Positions 31,856 to 40,947 of a DNA stretch of 64,000 bases are shown piece after piece (the stretch's first letter is position 1; each line of letters opens with the position of its first letter). The stretch spans positions 128,001 through 192,000 of the forward strand of contig CBDCWP010000021.1 of NCBI GenBank assembly GCA_965223505.1, read 5' to 3'. A model generated the notes under the pieces. The model was not told the origin of the DNA. It saw only the letters and a list, made by a program, of their open reading frames with translations, and did not search any database. The DNA is from Planctomycetota bacterium (lineage in GTDB: Bacteria; Planctomycetota; PLA2; JAEUHO01). The translations under genes were made by a program, and so were the position numbers.

Positions 31856-33247
31856 ATGGGTCATCGATTCACGCTTCGCGCGGTGATCTGGATCGTGGTG
31901 TCGGTCCTGACGGCGGGCGCGGCCGGCGCGGACGACATCAAGGAGGTGAGCCCCGACGCCCAGGTCAAGGGCCGCAAGTCGCGCGGCAAGCTTTGTTCCT
32001 GGAAGTCGGCCGACGGGCTGCAGTTCAACTACCGGGTGCCGAAGGACTACGACCACGACAAGGGCGCGAGTCTGACCTTCATCCTCCACGGGTCGAACCT
32101 GTCCCGCGGCTGGGGCTTCGCGAACCACTCCTACAAGACGTTCCGGCCGGACGACATCGTCGTGAGTCCCGACGGGACGACGCCCAACGGCAACGGCGGC
32201 TTCAACTTCATGGGCGAGAAGAAAGACGCCAAGCGCCTGCACGGTCTCCACGAAGAGCTCAAGAAGACCTTCAACATCAAGGCCACGTACCTCTACGGTC
32301 ACAGCCAGGGCTCGTTCTTTTCGTTCTACTACGCGGGCGAGTACCCGGAAGACGTCAACGGCGTCGTTGGACACGCCAGCGGCGTTTGGAACTGGACGAC
32401 CGCGAGCAAGAAGGGCCACCACCAGGCGATCGTGCTGATGCACGGTACGCAGGATCCGGTCGTGCCGTACGTCCAGTCGGCGGCGGATACGACGTTCACG
32501 GATCGCAAGTACCCGATGGTGCGCAAGCGCCATCTGGAGTGGTGGAACCACTGGCCGGCCGAACACAACGGCGACACGCCGCACACGTCCCAGCAGCTGG
32601 CGTGGGTCGAAGGCATGACCACGACCGACATGGATCGCCTGACCGCGTGCTGGGACGTGCTCACGGACGTCAAGAAGAAGGAGGAGCACGACTACGCGGG
32701 CGTGTACCTGCTCGCCAAGCGCATCGTCGAGCTCGAAGGCGCGCCCGGGAAATGCAAGAAGTCGGCCGAGAACGCGATCAAGGTCGTCGACGAGCTGGTG
32801 AAGAAGCACATCGACGCCATTCAGGCGCCGGAAGACCTGAAGTTCGCCGATGAGGACTGGATCACGCAGCTCGGGTTCTTCATGCGCAGGTTCGAAGGCG
32901 TTCCGGCGGCCGACAGCTACGTCGAGACGTTCGCGCAGGCGCTGGAGAAGCAGCAGAAGGACGCCGTCAAGCACCTGAAGAAGTACTTCAAGGCGCTGAA
33001 CAAGGGAAAGCAGGCCGACGCGTTCAAAGAGGGCATCGCGGCGATCGAGAAGGGGTTCCTGTGGCCCGAGACGATCGACAACCGCATCCGCAACAACCTG
33101 AAGGACTGGGCGAAGGACGCCAAGAAGCTGAAGATCCCCAAGAAGGTCATGAAGGACTACGAGGCGATCGCGGCGGTGTTCGACAAGCGCATGCAGAGCG
33201 GCTGGAAGGCGTTCTCGAAGATCAACGCGAAGGCCGGCAAGCTGTAG
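31856..33247 (+). CDS. Secreted alpha/beta hydrolase with helical C-terminal extension
   Basis: Signal peptide; ILHG, GHSQG nucleophile elbow, HGTQDPVV; GGAGG upstream of the ATG. Confidence 0.8.
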   Translation: MGHRFTLRAVIWIVVSVLTAGAAGADDIKEVSPDAQVKGRKSRGKLCSWKSADGLQFNYRVPKDYDHDKGASLTFILHGSNLSRGWGFANHSYKTFRPDDIVVSPDGTTPNGNGGFNFMGEKKDAKRLHGLHEELKKTFNIKATYLYGHSQGSFFSFYYAGEYPEDVNGVVGHASGVWNWTTASKKGHHQAIVLMHGTQDPVVPYVQSAADTTFTDRKYPMVRKRHLEWWNHWPAEHNGDTPHTSQQLAWVEGMTTTDMDRLTACWDVLTDVKKKEEHDYAGVYLLAKRIVELEGAPGKCKKSAENAIKVVDELVKKHIDAIQAPEDLKFADEDWITQLGFFMRRFEGVPAADSYVETFAQALEKQQKDAVKHLKKYFKALNKGKQADAFKEGIAAIEKGFLWPETIDNRIRNNLKDWAKDAKKLKIPKKVMKDYEAIAAVFDKRMQSGWKAFSKINAKAGKL

Positions 33248-33271
33248 CCGCCGCTTGGGCCGTAGCGGCGG
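33248..33271. terminator. Hairpin between convergent genes
   Basis: CCGCCGCT-N8-AGCGGCGG perfect 8-bp stem right after the stop codon; no U-tract. Confidence 0.4.
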
Positions 33272-33292
33272 GGCCCGACCCCGTCCGCGAAA

Positions 33293-34243
33293 CTAGAACT
33301 TCGCTCGCAACCCCACGTCGATCAACGAGTCCAGCGACTCGATGTCGCCCGGCGGGTCGATCACATGATCGAGGCGCACGCCGATGCTCAGGCTGAGCTC
33401 GGCGCACAACGGCACGTCGAGCCGGGCGTCGAACGTCGTCAACGAGAGATCGAAGTCGCTCAGGTTGGGCAGGAAGTCGAGCTTCGCGCGCAGCGTCGTC
33501 TTGCCCGGTCCTTCGTAGACGTACTCCAGACCCGCGTACGCCGACGGATCGGTCATCGGCGAGAGGCCGAAGCGGCGTTCGTGCGTGAAGCCGGCGCCGA
33601 CCTCGCCCTTCAGCTCCGCGTAGCGGCTCTCGGCGAGCACCGTGCCGACGCCCGCGACCGTGGCGAACCGATGCTGAAGGTCCGCCAGCTCGTTGCGGTC
33701 GTAGTGGACCTGCAGGAACGAGTACGCGCACTTGCCGAACTTGCGATCGAGACGAAACAGGCCGTGCCAGGTCTCGGTCGAACGCTTGCCGTCGCTCTCG
33801 CCGTACACGTAGGTGCCGCCCACCTTCATGAGCCACGGGTCGCGTTCGTAGATCGCCGTGGCGTCGAGCTTGATGTCGAAGTGGTCCGCGTTGCCGCCCG
33901 CGGAGCTCGACGCGACGCCGATCTCGAACGACCACGGATCTTCGACGGGCTCCGGCTTCGGCGCCGGCGCGACGACGCGCGCCGCGTCGGCGGCATCCGC
34001 GGTCTCGGTCGCGGCGGCGATCGCCGGTATGTCGGCGTCGCGCCGGATCTCCGTGACCGCGGAGCGGGGGATGAGCACCGTTCCGAGCACGGGATGACGA
34101 AGCCGCAGCGAATCGCCGACGTCCTCGACGACGCCCGACAGAACGTCTCCGTTGCCCAGCACGATCGTGTCGGCGCGCGCGGCGTCGCACCAGCAGGACA
34201 ACGCGGCGAGCAGACAGGCTGCACGAATGCCGTTGCGAATCAT
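33293..34243 (-). CDS. DUF481 (YdiY-like) outer-membrane beta-barrel protein
   Basis: Signal peptide; ADTIVLGNGDVLSG N-domain; amphipathic strands; C-terminal Phe (GLRAKF). Confidence 0.82.
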   Translation of the reverse strand: MIRNGIRAACLLAALSCWCDAARADTIVLGNGDVLSGVVEDVGDSLRLRHPVLGTVLIPRSAVTEIRRDADIPAIAAATETADAADAARVVAPAPKPEPVEDPWSFEIGVASSSAGGNADHFDIKLDATAIYERDPWLMKVGGTYVYGESDGKRSTETWHGLFRLDRKFGKCAYSFLQVHYDRNELADLQHRFATVAGVGTVLAESRYAELKGEVGAGFTHERRFGLSPMTDPSAYAGLEYVYEGPGKTTLRAKLDFLPNLSDFDLSLTTFDARLDVPLCAELSLSIGVRLDHVIDPPGDIESLDSLIDVGLRAKF

Positions 34244-34271
34244 GTGGTCTCCTGTGCGCCCGGGCCGCTGT

Positions 34272-35048
34272 CTAGCCGTCGGGCAGGAAGAAGGATGCGG
34301 CCGTGAAGCCGCCGTCGATCGGGAGCACCGCCCCGTTGATCCAGCCGGCCTCGCCTCCGGCGAGGAAGCGCACTGCTGCGGCGATCTCTTCGGGCGTACC
34401 GAGCCGTCCGGACGGCGTACAGGCGAGGATGGCCTGCTTGTAGTCGTCCTTGGCGAGCACGGGCTCCGTCAGCGGGGTCGGCACGTACCACGGCGCGATC
34501 AGGTTCACGGTGACGCCTCGTGCGCCCCACTCGCGCGCGAGCACCTTGGTGAGCTGCACCAACCCGGCCTTGGCGACGGCGTAGGGTGCGCCCGTCGGCA
34601 GCGCGGTGAGGCCGGCGACACTGCCGATGTTGACGATCCGGCCGAACCCGTTCTCCCGCATCCCCCGGCCGCACAACCGCGACCAGTGAAACGGCGCGGT
34701 CAGTCCGAGCTCGAGCAGCGCGTCCCAGTCTTCCAAACGGTAGTGGTCGGCGCCCTTGCGAACGTTCCCGCCGGCGTTGTTGACGAGGATGTCGATGACG
34801 CCATGACTGCGAAGCGCCTGCTCGACCGCGTCGGTGCTGGCATCACGTTCCGTGACGTCCACGACCATCGGCGTCGCGGTGCCGCCGTCCGCCTCGATCC
34901 GGGCGGCGAGCTCGACGAGGTCGGGCTCGGTGCGCGCCGCCAACAGGACGTGCGCACCGTCGCGAGCGAGGCGCCGCGCGATGGCCGCGCCGATGCCGCG
35001 CGATGCACCGGTGACGAGGGCGGTGCGGCCTTCGAGGTCCGATGCCAT
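34272..35048 (-). CDS. SDR-family oxidoreductase
   Basis: TGASRGIG, NNAG, YAVAK, DGG. Confidence 0.93.
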   Translation of the reverse strand: MASDLEGRTALVTGASRGIGAAIARRLARDGAHVLLAARTEPDLVELAARIEADGGTATPMVVDVTERDASTDAVEQALRSHGVIDILVNNAGGNVRKGADHYRLEDWDALLELGLTAPFHWSRLCGRGMRENGFGRIVNIGSVAGLTALPTGAPYAVAKAGLVQLTKVLAREWGARGVTVNLIAPWYVPTPLTEPVLAKDDYKQAILACTPSGRLGTPEEIAAAVRFLAGGEAGWINGAVLPIDGGFTAASFFLPDG

Positions 35049-35420
35049 CTAGCCGCCTGGCTTGCGCAGGTGCTTGGTGCTGAAGTTGCGCTCGGACGGC
35101 AGAGGGCCGGCCGACGGAGACGGCACCTTCCCTTCGAGGGGCCGGCCGCCGGGCGCCGCGATCTCCGGATCGACGGCGAAGTTGATCTCCTCCGCGCCTT
35201 CGATGCGCGAGATCAGCTCGACGAGGCTGCGATGCATCGCCCGGGTGAAGACCGTCCCCTCGAGCCCGACGCGCCGCCCCTTGAGCGTGACCTTCAGCTT
35301 CTTCTGGTCGCGCAGGATCGGATGCGCCTGGATCGCGCGCCGCACGCGTTGGGCGAGCGGGCTTCCGGCGAGCGGGTCCGCTTCGGTCTGCGCTTCTTGC
35401 TGCGGCTTCTCGTCGGCCAT
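35049..35420 (-). CDS. Small BON-domain-like protein
   Basis: LAQRVRRAI...LKVTL...VGLEGTV...IEGAEEI pattern; GGAGG upstream. Confidence 0.65.
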   Translation of the reverse strand: MADEKPQQEAQTEADPLAGSPLAQRVRRAIQAHPILRDQKKLKVTLKGRRVGLEGTVFTRAMHRSLVELISRIEGAEEINFAVDPEIAAPGGRPLEGKVPSPSAGPLPSERNFSTKHLRKPGG

Positions 35421-35485
35421 GGGTCCCTCCGGCGAAGGCAATCTACCCGCCCCCGCGACGCGCGCGAACCCCTGGACCGGACGAA

Positions 35486-36397
35486 CTAGAGGAAGAGCAC
35501 CGCGGTGCCGCCGCCTTCGAGCTCGACGCGGGTCCTGCTCTTGGCATCCGCGTGTCGAACGAAGCCCAGTGCGCGCTGCGCGGCGACGGTCGTGACCGTG
35601 CCGACCGTTTCCCCGTCCTTGAGAATCGACGCGCCGGCGACGGGGACCGCCCCGCCCTCGACGGCGAGCGAGGCGAGGAGCCGGGGCGGATGACCGCGGT
35701 CGCGCGCCATCACGACGGGTTCCTGCCCGGGAAAGCAGCCCTTGGCCCAGGAGACGGCGTGCTCGAGCGGCGCCTCGTTGAACAGGACCGAAGGACCGAG
35801 CTCCGGACCGTACGCGGGCCTGCGCAGCGCCACGCGCAGCGCGTCCCACTGCGCGGCATTGGCGGCTTCGGCACCGGCTTCGATGAGCGCCTCGCGAACG
35901 GCCGCTGCGTCCGCCGCGGCGGCCGCGATCTCGAAGTTCGGATGTCCGGTCAGATCCGAGCGCAGGACGCGCGCGCTCGTTGCGCCGATCGTCGCCTCGA
36001 CGTGCCGGTCCGGCTCCGGCGCGTCGGCTCCCGCGGACTCGAGCACGGCGGCGGCGCGCGGTCCGGTCAATCCGAGACGCGCTTGCTCGGACGAGACGTC
36101 CTCGAACGTCACGTCGTCGGCGATGACGTACTTCTCGAGCACCGGCAGCGCATGCTCGACGGCGGCCGTCGGCAGGTCGGCGACGAGCGCGTCACCGAGA
36201 TTCCACAGCAGTAGGTCGGCCAGCACGCGGCCGCGGTTGTTCAGCAGACACGCATGCCGCGCCATGCCCGGCTCGATGGCGTTGACGTCCTGCGTGAGCA
36301 TGCGATGCAGGTAGTCGCGGCGGTCGTCGCCGGTGACCCGATAGACGGCGTTGCGCTCGGAGGCGCGCAGGCCGGCCGTGCTCTCGAGCGGGTTCAC
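35486..36397 (-). CDS. ygfZ: YgfZ/GcvT-family folate-binding protein
   Basis: VTGDDRRDYLHRMLTQD, LLNNRGR, KGCFPGQE; GTG start overlaps the upstream stop. Confidence 0.85.
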   Translation of the reverse strand: MNPLESTAGLRASERNAVYRVTGDDRRDYLHRMLTQDVNAIEPGMARHACLLNNRGRVLADLLLWNLGDALVADLPTAAVEHALPVLEKYVIADDVTFEDVSSEQARLGLTGPRAAAVLESAGADAPEPDRHVEATIGATSARVLRSDLTGHPNFEIAAAAADAAAVREALIEAGAEAANAAQWDALRVALRRPAYGPELGPSVLFNEAPLEHAVSWAKGCFPGQEPVVMARDRGHPPRLLASLAVEGGAVPVAGASILKDGETVGTVTTVAAQRALGFVRHADAKSRTRVELEGGGTAVLFL

Positions 36398-36942
36398 GAC
36401 TTCTTCGGCACCCACGGGACGTCCTTCTCTCCGGCGTTGTGATTCGCCAGGCGGGCCTTCACGAACAACATGTCCGACAGTCGGTTGAGCCAACGCAGCT
36501 CGGCGGCGTGCGCATCTCCGTCTTCGCGCAGCGCGACCAACGCGCGCTCGGCACGCCGGCAGACGGTGCGCGCCACGTGCAGGCGGGCCGCGGCCTCCGT
36601 CCCGCCCGGCAGGATGAACGTCTTCAGCGGCTCGAGCTCCGCTTCGCTCCGGTCGATGGCCGCCTCGAGCAGCTCGATGTCGGCATCGCCGACCGGCTCG
36701 ACACCCGGGTCCTTGTCCGCGCCGGTCGCGACGTGGGCGCCCAGTCGGAAACACGCCTCTTGACACTGCGCCAGCGTTTCGTCGACGCGCGGCGGCAAGA
36801 CGGCCGCGCGCGCCCAACCGAGCACCGCGTTGAGCTCGTCAACCAGCCCGTACGCCTCGACGCGCGGATGCGACTTCCGGACGCGGTCGCCACCGTAGAG
36901 TCCGGTCGACCCGTCGTCGCCTTTGCGGGTGTAGATCTTCAT
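36394..36942 (-). CDS. PduO-type cob(I)alamin adenosyltransferase
   Basis: KIYTRKGDDG.TGL, EAYG.VDELN, FILPGG, RTVCRRAER, LNRLSD. Confidence 0.93.
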   Translation of the reverse strand: MKIYTRKGDDGSTGLYGGDRVRKSHPRVEAYGLVDELNAVLGWARAAVLPPRVDETLAQCQEACFRLGAHVATGADKDPGVEPVGDADIELLEAAIDRSEAELEPLKTFILPGGTEAAARLHVARTVCRRAERALVALREDGDAHAAELRWLNRLSDMLFVKARLANHNAGEKDVPWVPKKS

Positions 36943-37037
36943 GCACCGATGATGCCACGCGACGGGCGGGGAAGGCGACGCGGGGCGCGGAGCGGCGAGT
37001 AGAATCCGCGCCCCTTCTTCGCGACTCCCCCATCATC

Positions 37038-38255
37038 GTGCGCAAGTCCCCGCTTCTGGCCGTGTTCCTCACGGTGGTCATCGACCTCCTCGGCTTCGGG
37101 ATCGTGCTGCCGCTGCTGCCGCTGTACGGCGAGGCGTTCGATGCGCGCGGCATCACGCTCAGCCTGCTCTTCATCTCGTTCTCGGCCATGCAGTTCGTCG
37201 CGTCGCCGATCTGGGGACGGTTCTCGGACCGCTTCGGACGCCGGCCCATCATCCTGATCGGCCTGACCGGTTCCGTGGCGTCTTACACGTTGTTCGGACT
37301 CGCTCCGGGCATGTCCGCCGCACTGTTCTGGCTCTTCGTCTCGCGGATCGTCGCCGGCGTGTTCGGCGGGACGATCTCGACCGCGTACGCGTACATCGCC
37401 GACGTGACGACGACGAAGGAACGCGGGCGAGGCATGGCGCTGATCGGCGCGGCGTTCGGCATCGGCTTCACGCTCGGCCCGACCATTGGCGGCCTCGGCT
37501 ACGAGCACCTCGGTCCTGGCGCGCCCGGCTACATCGCCGCGGGCTTCTCCTTCGTCGCGCTCTTGTTCGCGGCGTTCCGGCTACCGGAGCCGGAGCGGCA
37601 CGCCGAGCACAGAGCACGGTCGTGGTTCGATCTCGACGCGTTCCGCACGGCGATGCGTACACCCGCGGTCGGCACCATCCTGATGACCGGCTTCGTGTCC
37701 GTCGGTTGCTTCGCGCTGCTGGAAGCGACGTTGTCCGTGCTCGCGAAGCACCGCTACCAGCTCGGCATCGGACAGATCGGGTTGCTGTTCTCCTACTTCG
37801 GGCTGTGGTCGGCGGTCAACCAGGGCTACGTCGTGCGCAAGATGATGAAGCGCATGGGCGAGCGCACGCTCATTCTCTGGGGACCGGTGCTGCTCGGCGC
37901 GGGTCTGTTGGTCATCGGCGCCGCGTCGGTGTTGCTCGAGCAGCTCGATCTCGGTTTCGGTTGGCGCCTCGCGGCTTTGTTGGTGATCGCGCCGCTGCCG
38001 GTGCTCGGATTCGGCATGATCATGCCGTCGTTGAACAGCCTCTTGTCGCGCGCAACGGATCCCACGACCCAAGGCGGTGTGCTCGGCGTGAACCAGAGCC
38101 TGCAGAGCCTGAGCCGGATCATCGGACCGTTCGTCGGCCTGAGCCTCTTCTACGTCAATGACGCGGTCCCGTTCCTGCTGGGCGCCGTCACGATGCTGCT
38201 GGCGATGGGGCTGGCCGTGAAGATCCGCAGGACGCCGCTCGAAGACCGCTACTGA
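37038..38255 (+). CDS. MFS transporter (DHA1/TetA-like)
   Basis: IDLLGFGIVLP, GRFSDRFGRRP motif A, about 12 TM. Confidence 0.92.
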   Translation: MRKSPLLAVFLTVVIDLLGFGIVLPLLPLYGEAFDARGITLSLLFISFSAMQFVASPIWGRFSDRFGRRPIILIGLTGSVASYTLFGLAPGMSAALFWLFVSRIVAGVFGGTISTAYAYIADVTTTKERGRGMALIGAAFGIGFTLGPTIGGLGYEHLGPGAPGYIAAGFSFVALLFAAFRLPEPERHAEHRARSWFDLDAFRTAMRTPAVGTILMTGFVSVGCFALLEATLSVLAKHRYQLGIGQIGLLFSYFGLWSAVNQGYVVRKMMKRMGERTLILWGPVLLGAGLLVIGAASVLLEQLDLGFGWRLAALLVIAPLPVLGFGMIMPSLNSLLSRATDPTTQGGVLGVNQSLQSLSRIIGPFVGLSLFYVNDAVPFLLGAVTMLLAMGLAVKIRRTPLEDRY

Positions 38256-38267
38256 TTCGAAGACGCG

Positions 38268-40811
38268 CTACGGGACCGTCGGGAAGAGCTGGACGTCGAG
38301 GTCCGTGACCGGTTCCTCGCCCTCGACGAACCCGACGGGCTGCGCATCCGCCTCGGTCGGACCCCCGAACCAACCGCAGAACTCGCCCGGCTGACAGAAG
38401 AACCCGTCGGCGTCGAGGTCCTCGCCCGCCTTGAGGTGGTACTGGGCCGGCGGGAGCCCGCGGAGCCAGAATCGGTAGTCGCACATGGCGCAGGCGACGG
38501 ACAACGAACGCGCGATCGACGTGTCGGCATCGATCGTCGCGATCTTCAAGTCCACACCCGCGCGCTGGACGTCGCCCACGTACATCACGATGCGCACCAC
38601 GCCCAGCACACCGTCGGTCGGGTTGGTCAGCCGCAGGATGCCGGAGTAGGTACCGGGGGCGAGTCCTTGCCGATCGACGGTCACCTCGACGCCGTCGACG
38701 TTGACCTCGCCGTTCCCGGGCGAGACGGGCACCAGGGTCGCGGACAACCACGCGGCGCCGTCGTCGGTCTTCGTGGGCGTGCCCACGACCTGGAGCTGGC
38801 CGCCGCCGCAGTTGAACACCGGCAGCTCGTAGATCGACTCGGCGCCGGCGAAGCGCAGGGAGTGGGTCGGCAACAACAAGGACGGTGGATCCACGCGGGG
38901 CGTGCCGGCCAGCACGAGCGCGCGGTTGATCGCGCGCTGTGCCTGCACCAGGCCCGAGCCGTGGGCGACGTCGTCACCGGGCACACCGAGATCACGCGCG
39001 GTGTCGCGCATGATCTGACGTAGGTCGTTCGCGCTCAGCGTCGGATCGATCGCCAGCAGGAGGGCGGCGACACCGGCGACGTGCGGCGCCGCTTCGCTCG
39101 TCCCTTGCAGGAACGACTGCGAGAAGACGGCGGGGAACACCGTCTCGTCCATCACGCTCGACAAGATGCCGTCGGGCCAACCGTCGCCCCAACGGTCGAC
39201 GACGAGATGCCCGCCCGGCGCCACGAGCTCCATCTCGTCGCCGAAGTTCGAGTACGACGTGGTGAAGAAGTTCGTGCCGACGGCGCCGACGCACACGACC
39301 GACGGATAGCGGGCCGGGAAGATGATCGCGGACTTCGTGTTGCCCGCGGCGCCGACGACGAGCACGTCGCGATTCGCCGCCCGGTCGCACGCGTCCTTTA
39401 GCTCGGGGCTGTCGACCGTGATCCCGAGCGAGAGATTGATGATGTCGACCGGATCGATGAAGACGCCGATCTCGTCCGGCGCGAGCCCGGCGCAGTAGAG
39501 GATCGCCGCGGCGACGTCGCTGAGCAGGCCGCCGCCGACGCCGAGAACGCGGACCGGCATGATCGACGTGTTGCACGCGACACCCGTCTTGCCGCCGATG
39601 ATGCCGGCCGTGTGCGTGCCGTGCCACGAGGACAGGCCCGAGGACGCATCGAGGTCGCCTGGATCCGTCGGATCGGCGTCGCGGCCGTCGCCGTCGTTCG
39701 AGAACGCGTCGTCGGAGATGAAGTCACGCCCCGCGACGAGGTTGTCGACGATCGAGGGATGCGGCACGACGCCGGTGTCGAGAACCGCGACGACCACGCT
39801 CGGGTCGCCCTCGGTGATCTTCCAAGCGCCCGGACAACCGATCGACTGGAGGTTCCACTTGAGGGGGAAGGACTCGTCGGTGGGATCGGCCAACGCCCTG
39901 ACGATCCAGTCCGGCTCGGCCCAACGCACGTTCGGATCGGCGGCGATCGCGTCGCAGAGCGACACCGCCTTGCGCTCGCCGCTCTCGCCTTCGTCGCATT
40001 CGAACCCCAGCTTCAACGTGCCGCTGCCGGTGTCGCCGATCAGGCGCAGGTCGTGCGCGTCGCACACGTGTTGCGCGTCGGCGCCGTCCTTCATCCGCAC
40101 GAGGATGTGGGTGCCGGCGCACCTCGGCTCGTCGTCGGCGAACGGCAAGACGATCGGCGTCTCCGCGAGGTCGGCGTGGACCGCGATCGACGCGCTCACC
40201 GGCTTCGGCGCGCCGACAGGGTCGCTGAGCGCTGCGCGCAGCACGTAGGAGGCGTGTCCGGTCACGATGCTCACGACGAAGTCGTACGTCTCGCGCGCGG
40301 ACGCGGTGAACGACGTCGTGACCGGCGACGGCCCCCCCGCCGTGGTGGCGACGACATTGCCGGTGGCGGTCTGGAACACCGCGACGTTGACCTGATCGGC
40401 GACCCCGCCCTCGGGAACGAACGACAGCTCCAGATCGACGACCTGCTCGTTGAGCATGGTGATCCGGAACGCGTCGACCGGGTCGACCCGGCCGAACTGG
40501 ACGGCGGTGACGCCGACGTTGCCGGCGATCTCGAGTGTCGTCCGCGCGGCCATCGGCGGAACGCGCGCCGCGTCCGTGACCGTGTCGTTCGGCTCCTGCT
40601 CGATGATGCGCCCGAGGTCGACGTCCGTGAGCAGGATGGTGCCGCTCAGCCCGTCGGGCGCCTGGGGCGGCGGGTCGGGCTCCGGCGTGAACACGCCGCC
40701 CCCGCCGCCGCACGCTCCGAGCGCCAGCAGCACCGCGATACACAGAAAGAGAGCGCGCACGCGACGCGCGGAGAGGGCTTCGAATCCCATCGAACGCTGC
40801 AAGAGCTGCAT
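38268..40811 (-). CDS. Subtilisin-like S8 peptidase lipoprotein
   Basis: LGAC lipobox; VAVLDTG, HGTHTAG, GAAGN, GTSEAAPH; EQEPND pre-peptidase-like segment. Confidence 0.9.
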   Translation of the reverse strand: MQLLQRSMGFEALSARRVRALFLCIAVLLALGACGGGGGVFTPEPDPPPQAPDGLSGTILLTDVDLGRIIEQEPNDTVTDAARVPPMAARTTLEIAGNVGVTAVQFGRVDPVDAFRITMLNEQVVDLELSFVPEGGVADQVNVAVFQTATGNVVATTAGGPSPVTTSFTASARETYDFVVSIVTGHASYVLRAALSDPVGAPKPVSASIAVHADLAETPIVLPFADDEPRCAGTHILVRMKDGADAQHVCDAHDLRLIGDTGSGTLKLGFECDEGESGERKAVSLCDAIAADPNVRWAEPDWIVRALADPTDESFPLKWNLQSIGCPGAWKITEGDPSVVVAVLDTGVVPHPSIVDNLVAGRDFISDDAFSNDGDGRDADPTDPGDLDASSGLSSWHGTHTAGIIGGKTGVACNTSIMPVRVLGVGGGLLSDVAAAILYCAGLAPDEIGVFIDPVDIINLSLGITVDSPELKDACDRAANRDVLVVGAAGNTKSAIIFPARYPSVVCVGAVGTNFFTTSYSNFGDEMELVAPGGHLVVDRWGDGWPDGILSSVMDETVFPAVFSQSFLQGTSEAAPHVAGVAALLLAIDPTLSANDLRQIMRDTARDLGVPGDDVAHGSGLVQAQRAINRALVLAGTPRVDPPSLLLPTHSLRFAGAESIYELPVFNCGGGQLQVVGTPTKTDDGAAWLSATLVPVSPGNGEVNVDGVEVTVDRQGLAPGTYSGILRLTNPTDGVLGVVRIVMYVGDVQRAGVDLKIATIDADTSIARSLSVACAMCDYRFWLRGLPPAQYHLKAGEDLDADGFFCQPGEFCGWFGGPTEADAQPVGFVEGEEPVTDLDVQLFPTVP

Positions 40812-40947
40812 GCCGGACGACTTGCTCCTGGAGGTCTTTGTTGTTCCGTTCCGAAAGCCCGCGGGAATTCTAACCGCGTTCGTCGGCGGGGGGCGCCGAT
40901 CGGCCGGGCCCCGGTCGAAGTCGCGTCCGCCGCAGCTTTCGGGCACG

